Below, one piece after another: positions 30,974 through 40,236 of a stretch of DNA of 64,000 nucleotides; position 1 is the stretch's first letter; every line of letters begins with the position of its first letter. The notes beneath the pieces are model-generated. The model was not told the origin of the DNA. It saw only the letters and a program-made list of their open reading frames with translations, and did no database searches. Source of the DNA: Promethearchaeota archaeon (GTDB lineage: Archaea > Asgardarchaeota > Lokiarchaeia > Sigyniarchaeales > SOKP01); NCBI GenBank assembly GCA_016839705.1, contig JAEOTR010000024.1:1-64000 (forward strand), written 5' to 3'. The position numbers were made by a program, and so were the translations under genes.

Positions 30974-32275
30974 ATGAGTAACAATTTAACCATTATTGGT
31001 TTGTCATGGGGCGATGAAGGCAAAGGTAAATTTACTGATTATTTTGCTCAAAGAGCAGATGTTGTTGTGAGATATAATGGAGGAAATAATGCAGGACATA
31101 CGATTAAAGCAAATGGGATAAAATATAAATTGAAAATAATGCCAAGTGGTGCACCATTAGAAAAGGAATGTGTGATAGCGAATGGATGTGTTGTCGATCC
31201 TAAAATTTTACTTGAGGAAATTGACACGTTAAAAAAATTACATAAAAAAATAAATTTAAAATTAAGCTCAACTGCACATGTAATATTCCCATTCCATAAT
31301 ATTTTGGATGGTTTAGAAGAAACCTCAAAAGGAAGGTTTAGTGCAGGTACAACCAAAAGAGGCATTGGACCTACTTATTCTGACAAAGCCGCACGCTGGG
31401 GTCTTAGAATTTTTGATTTGATTAATCCCGAAATAATGAGACCAAAATTGGAACAATTATATAAGATCAAAAAACAACTAATAAACATTTTTGATCCAAG
31501 TTGGGACACAGATATTAACTCAATTTTTGAAGAATATAAATCGTATGGGGAACGGTTGAAACCTTATGTGATTGACACAGCTTACTACTTAAACAACGTA
31601 ATAGATTCTGGAAAGAAAGTAGTCTTTGAAGCCGCCCAAGGTAATTTACTCGGTATAGACCATGGTTATTATCCTTTCGGTACTTCATCAAATTCAAATG
31701 CCTTGGGCATTTCAGCAGGGACAGGAATCCCTCCTAAAAAAATTGGGAGAATAATAGGCATAATTAAAGCTTACACTTCAAGAGTGGGTGAGGGAAATTT
31801 CCCGACAGAATTAATTAATGAAACTGCTGAACAGATTCGAGAACAAGGTGGTGAATACGGAACAGTTACTGGAAGACCAAGAAGAGTTGGGTGGCTGGAT
31901 CTATTTAATATTGAGTATGGGATAATGGTTAATGGCGTGGATAGGATTATCATTACACTTTTAGATGCTTTAGAGGGTATTAATCCTTTAAAAATATGTA
32001 CTGGTTATGAGTTAAACGGTAAAGTTCTCAAAAGCTGGCCCATTCAACCGGAAATAGTTGATATCTGTACACCTTTATATAAATCTTTTCAAGGTTGGGA
32101 GGCTAGAACAAGAGAGGAATGGTTAGAAATTGCTCAAAAGGGATATGATGCGCTACCTGAAACAATAAAAATATACGTTCAAGCGATTAAAGAGGAATTA
32201 CAAACAGATATCGCATTTCTTTCCGTTGGTCCCGATAGAAAGGAAACTATCGTTTTAGATAACAATATTTTTTAA
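30974..32275 (+). CDS. purA: Adenylosuccinate synthetase
   Basis: WGDEGKGK, GGNNAGHT, GTTKRGIGP, EYGTVTGRPRR. Confidence 0.97.
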   Translation: MSNNLTIIGLSWGDEGKGKFTDYFAQRADVVVRYNGGNNAGHTIKANGIKYKLKIMPSGAPLEKECVIANGCVVDPKILLEEIDTLKKLHKKINLKLSSTAHVIFPFHNILDGLEETSKGRFSAGTTKRGIGPTYSDKAARWGLRIFDLINPEIMRPKLEQLYKIKKQLINIFDPSWDTDINSIFEEYKSYGERLKPYVIDTAYYLNNVIDSGKKVVFEAAQGNLLGIDHGYYPFGTSSNSNALGISAGTGIPPKKIGRIIGIIKAYTSRVGEGNFPTELINETAEQIREQGGEYGTVTGRPRRVGWLDLFNIEYGIMVNGVDRIIITLLDALEGINPLKICTGYELNGKVLKSWPIQPEIVDICTPLYKSFQGWEARTREEWLEIAQKGYDALPETIKIYVQAIKEELQTDIAFLSVGPDRKETIVLDNNIF

Positions 32276-32319
32276 GTATATACTTTTTATTTATTTTCAG
32301 AAGTAAGTATAATCTAGAT

Positions 32320-32841
32320 TTAAGAATAACCTACTTTTTTCAATTTAAATTCTTTCCCACAATAAAAACAAAAGGCAACTCCCCTTGAAGTCAAAAGAGT
32401 GTTCATTGATTCGGTTATTTTTTGTCCGCATTCGGTACAATAATATGGAATTTTTACATCTGTCACTTCTGGGGACATTGGACTATCTTCTGGTGGGATT
32501 ATTGGTTCACTGGGGAGTGATGTTATCTGCGGAGCTTTTTTACGTGGTTTACCCGATATTGCATAGTATAGCCCTTCAAGTAATTTATAGATCCCGGTGA
32601 AAATGGCTTTTAAGAGAAGATATAAACCTTTAAATAGATAATAAAGTAGATAGGCAACCCCTTTTAGGATATAATAAACTAAAACAAGCGCAGCTATAGT
32701 AAGAGCTATTAATCCAATAATTATTAAAATTTGGGTGAAAAGGGGGAATTCAAGAAACCAACCAATGGGATCATTCCATATCCTTTCCCAACCAGTTTCT
32801 AAAATTCCCCAATTGACAACATTTTCTAAGATATTATTCAT
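32320..32841 (-). CDS. Membrane protein with C-terminal zinc ribbon
   Basis: Long hydrophobic/amphipathic helices, Pro-rich linker, CTECG...CFYCG. Confidence 0.7.
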   Translation of the reverse strand: MNNILENVVNWGILETGWERIWNDPIGWFLEFPLFTQILIIIGLIALTIAALVLVYYILKGVAYLLYYLFKGLYLLLKAIFTGIYKLLEGLYYAISGKPRKKAPQITSLPSEPIIPPEDSPMSPEVTDVKIPYYCTECGQKITESMNTLLTSRGVAFCFYCGKEFKLKKVGYS

Positions 32842-32924
32842 TTTTTCCTCATGTAGAAATAAGTGTGACCTTTATTAAAAGAAATTGGAGTCCAATTTTT
32901 ACAACCGATTTCATGAAAATTTAA

Positions 32925-33485
32925 CTATTTAAAACAGATTAGTCCAAAACGAAAGATATGATCAGTTGGAGGCCACTCAATATCAAGATTTAACTGTAAA
33001 ACTGTTTTTGTTACATCAATCCCCACAGCTTCCATTGAATATTTTCTTTTTTCAGGATACCGACATGGTTTACCTGAATCATAAGTGCATCCTTTATCTA
33101 ATTTATTAGAACAAATTCTACAATAACCATCCCATAAAATTAGTCTTTCAACGAATGGGTTTTGATATTGATCAAGGAATTGATTTATTTCGTTTTCTAA
33201 TTTATCTCGTAGTAATCTTTTAGCGTAAAGATTGTTTTTTATGATTGTTTCACTTTGTTCAGGATGTTTTGCTTTTTCTTCTTTAATATAATCAGATAGA
33301 TTAAATTGATAGTAAATTAGGTAAAATTCTTTAAATTTAGCAACTTTTTTCTCCATATAAGGAGCTTCAGGAGGGCATGCCCATGAGTGTCCATAACTAG
33401 GGCATTTAAATGAAGGACTCAAGCAATAAGTTTGTACCTTTGGATCAAATATGATATCTTGCATTTTTACCTTTAGAAACGGCAT
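32925..33485 (-). CDS. DUF2284 family metal-binding protein
   Basis: CPSYGHSWACPP, CRIC...C...CRYP, SMEAVGIDV. Confidence 0.85.
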   Translation of the reverse strand: MPFLKVKMQDIIFDPKVQTYCLSPSFKCPSYGHSWACPPEAPYMEKKVAKFKEFYLIYYQFNLSDYIKEEKAKHPEQSETIIKNNLYAKRLLRDKLENEINQFLDQYQNPFVERLILWDGYCRICSNKLDKGCTYDSGKPCRYPEKRKYSMEAVGIDVTKTVLQLNLDIEWPPTDHIFRFGLICFK

Positions 33486-33665
33486 AAAACTTCCTACTAC
33501 AAAATTTTATTTAAATAAAGTACTCTATCTATTTTAACTTGATTGCCTTTATGACTAAAGTATAAATGCAATTTTTTTTAAGAAATAAAGAATAAGTGAT
33601 GATTATAAAAATAATTCGAGTAAAGATAAAATTTTAATTAAAATTACAAATGTTGATGTTTTAAG

Positions 33666-34313
33666 ATGAAATTAAGACAAGACAAAAAAAAGAGATTAAT
33701 TGAAGCCGCAGAAAAATTCCACTCTGAGGTTTTGAAAGGATCAGATTTGCTCCACGAATGTATTAATGATCTTATTAAGGGAAAGATGAGCGAAGATAAG
33801 TTAAATGAAGTTATTGAATGCGAACACGCGGCAGATCAAGCAAAAGAAAATTATATTAAAATTCTCTATCAAGATAGAAGAGCGCTTCCCTTTCTAGTTG
33901 AAGACCGGTATAGGTTAATCAAATATTTAGATAATGTGTCTGATGACTCAGAAGAGTTAGCTCGTGGGTTAAAGGTTTATCCCTTTGAACTATACGATGA
34001 TATAAAAAAGGATATGCAAACCATAAATGATCTGTATGACCAATCTGTTGGAATTCTTGTGGAAATGATAGGTCTGATGGAGAATGACTTTAAAACGGCC
34101 TATGAAAAATCATTTGAAATTGAAAAACTTAAAAGAAATGCTCGTGAAGCTAAATATTGCATATTAGATGTGATATATCAAAAATCGGAAGCAAAATCCA
34201 TTCAAGTTTATCTAACTTCAAAAATTTGCATTAAAATCTTTGATATGATTCAAAAAGCAGAAGAAATAAGTGACTTCCTTAGAAGTTTAATAGTAAAATA
34301 TCCAAGTAAGTAG
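33666..34313 (+). CDS. DUF47/PhoU-like phosphate transport regulator
   Basis: EHAAD, LPFLVEDR, two helical repeats; directly upstream of pit. Confidence 0.85.
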   Translation: MKLRQDKKKRLIEAAEKFHSEVLKGSDLLHECINDLIKGKMSEDKLNEVIECEHAADQAKENYIKILYQDRRALPFLVEDRYRLIKYLDNVSDDSEELARGLKVYPFELYDDIKKDMQTINDLYDQSVGILVEMIGLMENDFKTAYEKSFEIEKLKRNAREAKYCILDVIYQKSEAKSIQVYLTSKICIKIFDMIQKAEEISDFLRSLIVKYPSK

Positions 34314-34350
34314 AAATTAATCATGCCATCTAAAAGGAGAAGAGAGTAAA

Positions 34351-35334
34351 ATGGATCCAGTTGTAATCATAACGATATTTTTAATAATATCTATCGTAAT
34401 CGCAATAGCGATTGGTGCCAACGATGAAACTATGGCCCCCCTTTATGGATCTCGAATACTCAAGATGAAACAAATACTTATTCTGGCAGTAATTTTCGCG
34501 ATCTTAGGTGCTGTTCTGTTAGGAGAAGGTGTAGCTAAATCAGTAGGAGGAGATATTCTTTTATTAGATTATGTTGGTATTAGTCAGGACGCTGTAGTGC
34601 TAACAATATTAATCTCAACGGCTATTTGGTTAATTATAGCTAGCGCGTTAGGACTTCCAATCTCAACAACACATGCAACAATAGGAGCTATTATTGGGAT
34701 TGGCCTGATGTTAGGAGGTGGAAGTGGTGTAAATTGGGGTACAATATTATATATGAGTATGTGGTGGTTATTATCTCCCGTCGTAGGGTTTTCAGTTACT
34801 TATGTCGTTGTCAAGTTCCTTAATAGATATAAACTTAAGCACTTTAATGGATTCCAGGATTACGAAAGATCAGAGAATATATATACAATTATAATCTTAG
34901 TTGTGATTTGTATCACTGCTTTCTCAAGAGCGGGCAATGATTGTTCTAACGCTGTTGGAATAGTATTTGGAATTGAAGGGTTTCAATCTAATCTAACGGT
35001 ATTATTAATTATGACAGGTTTTAGCTTGGCAGCCGGAATTGTGGTTTTAGGGAGAATCGTCATAAAGAACTTAGGAAAAATGACTGAACTTAGACCAAGT
35101 ACTGCGTTTGCAGCACAAGTACCAACGGCTGCGGTTATGCTTATTGGTACGATTCAGAAAATCCCTCTTTCCGGCTCTCATATGCTTGTAGCCTCTTTAG
35201 TAGGATTATCTAAGGCTAGTAATGCTCCAATGAAAAAAGGAATGTGGAAGATAGTCGCAATTTGGTTATTAACCTTTCCGATGTCAGCTATCCTCGCAAT
35301 CATACTATACTTTCCAATCAGTGCAGCTTTTTGA
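34351..35334 (+). CDS. pit: Inorganic phosphate transporter (PiT family)
   Basis: GANDE and GNDCSN signatures, PISTTH and PLSGSH. Confidence 0.9.
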   Translation: MDPVVIITIFLIISIVIAIAIGANDETMAPLYGSRILKMKQILILAVIFAILGAVLLGEGVAKSVGGDILLLDYVGISQDAVVLTILISTAIWLIIASALGLPISTTHATIGAIIGIGLMLGGGSGVNWGTILYMSMWWLLSPVVGFSVTYVVVKFLNRYKLKHFNGFQDYERSENIYTIIILVVICITAFSRAGNDCSNAVGIVFGIEGFQSNLTVLLIMTGFSLAAGIVVLGRIVIKNLGKMTELRPSTAFAAQVPTAAVMLIGTIQKIPLSGSHMLVASLVGLSKASNAPMKKGMWKIVAIWLLTFPMSAILAIILYFPISAAF

Positions 35335-35335
35335 T

Positions 35336-36367
35336 TTATTTTTCATTTTTCCATATATGTTCAGTATAGCGAGGCACAGGGATATCTTTCATAGTTAGTA
35401 ATCCTGCTCTTGCGGTTACTACTATAGGAATTAAATTAGCTACCATAGCAGAAGTACCTAAATCTCCATGAACTCCACCAATTATTTTTTGTTCTAGACT
35501 TGGAGTTCCATCTATTATGACACTATCATATTCTTCATGATCTCCAGCATAAGCTACAAAATCTAAAGTAATTATATCAAAGCCTTTCTTTTTAGCAAAA
35601 GCTTTACTTTGCAAACCACAAACATTACCTATGGGTACAATTTCTCCATAAGATGTTCTGATTTCTTTTACAGCAACAATTTCTTTTGGTGGTAATTCAA
35701 TTATTTCATCAAATTCTATACCAAGCGCATCTACTATCATTTGAATAGATTCTTTTAAACCGACATGCCCAGTAATTTCTTTACTACTAATTTTTTTATG
35801 AAACTCTTTTACAGTTAAACCTGTTCCAATCTTTTTTTGGAAGGATACTCTTCTTTTTGATGAGTTCATCATTCTCTTTACCTTGATTGATTTGACATTT
35901 TGACAAGGGGCGGTGATTACGATAGGTAACAAATCCATAAGATATCCAGGATTAATCCCCGTGCCAACAATCGTGATATTATTTAATATAGCAACTGCAT
36001 CTAATTCTTCTGAAAGTTTAGGATAATGCTGAAATGGGTAAGATAATTCTTCGCATATTGAAATAATATTGCAGCCAGAATTAGCCGCCTTATTAATTAA
36101 AGGGGCTACTTTATCTAGCGAAGATGAAGTAGCAATAATGACTACATCGACTTTCCCTTTTGTAAGAACAGCCTCTAAGTCTGGTTCGATGATCAGATTA
36201 GACTCAACATCAGTCTCAAGAATTTCACTAAGACTTTTTCCAATAAATTGAGGATTAATGTCAATAACTCCATTGAGATTTATATTTTTTCGTTTATTTA
36301 GAAGATTGGTTATTATCTTCCCCATTGGACCTAAACCAACTTGTATCACATCAAATTTATTTTTCAT
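35336..36367 (-). CDS. NAD(P)-dependent amine dehydrogenase, 2,4-diaminopentanoate dehydrogenase (Ord)/DapB-like
   Basis: GLGPMG, CEELSYP, GTGINPGYLMD, KKIGTG, GGVHGD. Confidence 0.8.
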   Translation of the reverse strand: MKNKFDVIQVGLGPMGKIITNLLNKRKNINLNGVIDINPQFIGKSLSEILETDVESNLIIEPDLEAVLTKGKVDVVIIATSSSLDKVAPLINKAANSGCNIISICEELSYPFQHYPKLSEELDAVAILNNITIVGTGINPGYLMDLLPIVITAPCQNVKSIKVKRMMNSSKRRVSFQKKIGTGLTVKEFHKKISSKEITGHVGLKESIQMIVDALGIEFDEIIELPPKEIVAVKEIRTSYGEIVPIGNVCGLQSKAFAKKKGFDIITLDFVAYAGDHEEYDSVIIDGTPSLEQKIIGGVHGDLGTSAMVANLIPIVVTARAGLLTMKDIPVPRYTEHIWKNEK

Positions 36368-36414
36368 ATTTACACCGTTTTTTTAAAAGATTACAATAGA
36401 ATTCTATTTAGTTT

Positions 36415-37755
36415 TTAATTAAACTTTGATTGGGAAACAGGGTGGGCTATATCTTTAACAACTTCTTGTATCCGAGCAATATTTTCATCCGTATGAGCCA
36501 TAGAAATGGAACCCAAGCCATGTAATCCTGAGATATTACGATTAAAAAGAGCCAGTTGAAGTAAAGCTTCCTTCTTTCTATCTTTAAACTGAAAAATATT
36601 GTGTATTGATGGTTCTTCACACCATTTTGACATAGCATGAAGCATAATTATAGATTTATGACCTCTAGCTATAATCGAAAGCTTTTCTTCAGCAAGAAAT
36701 TGATTTAAACTAGTTAACAATTTCGTTCCTTCTTGGTTAATACGATTATATTCCTTATGAGAGTGTTTCAGTATTTCCAACGTTTTTAATCCTGCTATCA
36801 TACTTAGTGGATATCCCGAAAATGTTCCCCCTCCAATTAGCACCATATTCTCTATCTCAGGGCTAGATTGATTAATAATATCTTCTCTTCCCCCAATTGC
36901 GCCTATAGGCAAACCTCCCCCAATTATTTTGCCCATTGTTGTTAAATCAGGCAAAATTTTTAACTCATTCTGAAATAAAGAATCTGAGAAGCGATAACCT
37001 GTAATTATTTCGTCAAAAATAAGCACAATGTTATATTGTTCTGTCACCTCTCTTAATCTCTTTAAAAAACTGTGTTCCACAGGAAAACCACCCCCTCCTC
37101 CTAATACTGGTTCTAAGATTATAGCTGCTAAATCGTTAGCATTTTCTTTTATCATATCAAATGTACTTTCATTATTGATTTCATATGTAATAATACCTGC
37201 CTTTTCAGCATCAACAAGACCAGGAGAATGGTTATGTTCAATTAAATCTCCTACATCATAACTTAATGTATCGTTAGCACCGTGCCATCCTAAACGAGCT
37301 TTTGCCACTAATCTCTTTTTAGTAAAAGCACGAGCAAGTCTTGAAGCATACATTGTAGCTTCAGTCCCACTTACACAAAATCTCATCTTTTCAATCCCCG
37401 CATTGTCTTTAATAATAGTTTCTGCAAGGTTTACTTGATGTTCAGTATTTGTCCCAAAATGCCACCCTGATTTTAAATTCTGTATTATCATTTCTTGAAT
37501 TTCGGGATGATTATGTCCTAATATCATTGCGAAATGCCCATTCCAGCAATCTATGTATTGATTACTATCAATGTCCGTGAGAAATGGTCCTCTACTAGAA
37601 TTAATAAATACGGGGAATCCTCCAATTGAGGGAAGCCCAAAAGTTCTTATGTTATGAGAAATGCCCCCTGGTAAAGCTCTTAATGCTCTTTTCCATACCT
37701 CTTTTGATTTAGGCCTTTTTTCTTTAAATATCTCTAACTCATCCTTAATGAACAT
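36415..37755 (-). CDS. Class III PLP aminotransferase, glutamate-1-semialdehyde aminomutase-like
   Basis: SGTEATM, WHG, LIFDEIITGYR, GKIIGGGLPIGA, GTFSGYP. Confidence 0.8.
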   Translation of the reverse strand: MFIKDELEIFKEKRPKSKEVWKRALRALPGGISHNIRTFGLPSIGGFPVFINSSRGPFLTDIDSNQYIDCWNGHFAMILGHNHPEIQEMIIQNLKSGWHFGTNTEHQVNLAETIIKDNAGIEKMRFCVSGTEATMYASRLARAFTKKRLVAKARLGWHGANDTLSYDVGDLIEHNHSPGLVDAEKAGIITYEINNESTFDMIKENANDLAAIILEPVLGGGGGFPVEHSFLKRLREVTEQYNIVLIFDEIITGYRFSDSLFQNELKILPDLTTMGKIIGGGLPIGAIGGREDIINQSSPEIENMVLIGGGTFSGYPLSMIAGLKTLEILKHSHKEYNRINQEGTKLLTSLNQFLAEEKLSIIARGHKSIIMLHAMSKWCEEPSIHNIFQFKDRKKEALLQLALFNRNISGLHGLGSISMAHTDENIARIQEVVKDIAHPVSQSKFN

Positions 37756-37832
37756 AAAAAACTGTTTCCTCCAATACAGTAATAGAGTTTTAATAAACCT
37801 AGTTTGTTCTGTTACATTAGCCTAATAATTGA

Positions 37833-38627
37833 TTATTTAATAGCTTGTTGTTTAATTTTGGCATTCTCAATCTCTTGCCTGAGTGTGCTTTTTTCGATCT
37901 CTGGACCTACTTCAATCCATTTACCATTCACAAAAATACCACGTGATATACCATATCGTTTTAAAGTTGATGGTTTTACAGCAGAATATTCATTAAGCAC
38001 GACATCATTTTTATATTCAGAGACTACTTCTCGTACTCTTTGGGCTTCAACATCACTTGTTAAGCAAAAAACATTCCAAAATAGATCTACTACAACTTTT
38101 CCTTGAATTGGTTTGAATTTATAATTTGTCTTTCTGAATTGAGGAGGTGCAGCACCAGGATCAAACTGTTTCCAAAGAATTGCTTCTATTCCTCGCTTTT
38201 CGGCTACCTTATATCCAAGTTTTTCAAAATATTTGGCCGGCATAAACCAAAAATCCCAAAAATTAGCAAGAGTTGCGATTCCTTTGCGACCCTGCTTTAG
38301 AGTTTCTTCCTCTGCAGCTTCAATTAATTTCTTCCCCACAGCTTTTAAAGAGAATTTAGATTGTGAATCTAAACATGGAAAAACCATCAAGTCCATCCCT
38401 TGTATTGGAAATGGGTTTATTTCTATAGGCATAATATAGATGAAACCTGCATGAACATAATCGAAGAGAGCAACTTTTACTTTTAAACCATGTTTTTCCA
38501 TTTTTCTAAGCCAGGATATTCGACGAGGGGAAGATGATTCACGTTCTATATTGTTTTCATTTACATGGGTACACGTACCAACATAATATTCATCATCATC
38601 AGTCATATCTCGAATGATTATACTCAT
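37833..38627 (-). CDS. GNAT-fold protein with C-terminal thioredoxin-like/YoaP-like domain
   Basis: GFIYIMPIE, GKKLIEAAEE, YFEKLGY; C-terminal LFWNVFC...GIFVNG. Confidence 0.6.
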   Translation of the reverse strand: MSIIIRDMTDDDEYYVGTCTHVNENNIERESSSPRRISWLRKMEKHGLKVKVALFDYVHAGFIYIMPIEINPFPIQGMDLMVFPCLDSQSKFSLKAVGKKLIEAAEEETLKQGRKGIATLANFWDFWFMPAKYFEKLGYKVAEKRGIEAILWKQFDPGAAPPQFRKTNYKFKPIQGKVVVDLFWNVFCLTSDVEAQRVREVVSEYKNDVVLNEYSAVKPSTLKRYGISRGIFVNGKWIEVGPEIEKSTLRQEIENAKIKQQAIK

Positions 38628-38752
38628 TTAGACCACTATCATCTGAATAAAAATTTAGAATTAAAAACCTTTATTATAGAAAGTTGATAATTATTTAGAA
38701 TTAACTCATAAATGAGTGACGTTAAATAGGTAAAATATTTAGGGGAATTTTC

Positions 38753-40072
38753 TTAATCTACTTTTGCTCCACACATGGGGCAACTATTGGTTTTTTGTAA
38801 TGTAGCACCACAAATTTTACATAATCTTATTGTGCTCTCTCTCTTTTTTTTTGGAGGTGTTAAATTAGTTATAGATACTGGGTTCTCTGGTGCTAACTCG
38901 GGAGTTTTTATTTCTGGGGTAGATGTGACACCATTTTTTAACTTAATTTCGATTTCCTTTCCAAAAAATCCCCCAACTTTAACTTTCTTGGTAGTTTCTG
39001 AAGGTTGAGGTGGTACTGGCACTTCAGAATTAAGCACTTCATCAATTTCCGGTTCTAAATCTGGTACTTCTTCCGGGTATGATTCTTCTTGAGATTCTAT
39101 ACTTATAAATTCACTTTCAGGGAACTCATCCAATTCCTCTTCGAGGTCTTCCTCGTATATCATCTCCACAAATTCTTCATCCAATTTTAATAATATCTCA
39201 CACTGAGGACATCTAAATAAATGTTTAAAGCCAATGTTCTTTGCAAGAGAGTATTTTGCACCGCAACAACTATGGAATTTAGCATCGCAATTGAAACACT
39301 TATGTATTTCATCGGAGTGAGCTTCACATATTGGACATAATTCCTGTTCACAAATTGTACATATTTCTTCGTCATCATCAGAAAGAGAGATAAGATCAAC
39401 AGCCAGGCGTTCATAAAAAACTTTATCTTCAGTTAAAATCTGATCGGTTTCTTCAGTTTTTAATACTTTAAATTCACTTTTATTTTGAACTAATGATCCT
39501 AATATATTTTGTAAAAGTTTTTCATTCTGGCAATAGAACATCCCGCCACATACCTCGCTGGAAATGACCTTTAACTTTACCTCATCTTCGTAAAATTGTT
39601 CATCTCCCACACGGATAATATCAATGTAAGTTGAAAATTTTTTAGCTTTAATTAATAAATCATAAAGTGCGTTATAATAATCATCAGACAATTTGCTTGG
39701 GGCATCAGAAACTATTATTATTCGATAATTCTTCCTAGATTCTCTACTTTTTCTAAATATATAAGCAAGAATTTCATAGAGTCCATTCTCCAAATAACTT
39801 TTCTCTATTTCTCTCTTTTCCCAAGCATCATCAATGATGTTTAATATAGAATCAGAATCCTTTAAATTATACTCATTTACCGGATTCTCGTCCTTTTGAA
39901 AAAATACCACCCCATAAGAGCTTAAGGCATTAAATTTTTCCTTTTCTTTGATAAATGAACTAATCGCTTTCATTACAGACTTTTTCTTAAGGAAATTTGT
40001 GGTTAGATCGAGATAAAATATAAATTCTTCTGAGTTTATTTTGTCGGTTCTTGGTAACATTTTAGTATCCAA
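38753..40072 (-). CDS. vWA + RING/C1-like zinc finger + C-terminal zinc ribbon protein (paralog B)
   Basis: FYLDLT, RIIIVSD, IDIIRVG, GGMFY (vWA); CTIC-CPIC-CFNC-FHSCC-CPQC; acidic linker; CKICG...CPMCG. Confidence 0.75.
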   Translation of the reverse strand: MDTKMLPRTDKINSEEFIFYLDLTTNFLKKKSVMKAISSFIKEKEKFNALSSYGVVFFQKDENPVNEYNLKDSDSILNIIDDAWEKREIEKSYLENGLYEILAYIFRKSRESRKNYRIIIVSDAPSKLSDDYYNALYDLLIKAKKFSTYIDIIRVGDEQFYEDEVKLKVISSEVCGGMFYCQNEKLLQNILGSLVQNKSEFKVLKTEETDQILTEDKVFYERLAVDLISLSDDDEEICTICEQELCPICEAHSDEIHKCFNCDAKFHSCCGAKYSLAKNIGFKHLFRCPQCEILLKLDEEFVEMIYEEDLEEELDEFPESEFISIESQEESYPEEVPDLEPEIDEVLNSEVPVPPQPSETTKKVKVGGFFGKEIEIKLKNGVTSTPEIKTPELAPENPVSITNLTPPKKKRESTIRLCKICGATLQKTNSCPMCGAKVD

Positions 40073-40236
40073 ATCAATGAAAAGCTCTTCTAGAAATATC
40101 GGTAAATTATAAACAAATAATAGCAGAAGTATTATTTATTTTTATTTATTATTTCATATACTTTAATTTAAGAATTAAATCTAAAAAATAATTCTATTCT
40201 CAAGAGAATGTTGTAAGAGATATTTTTTTGTAATAT

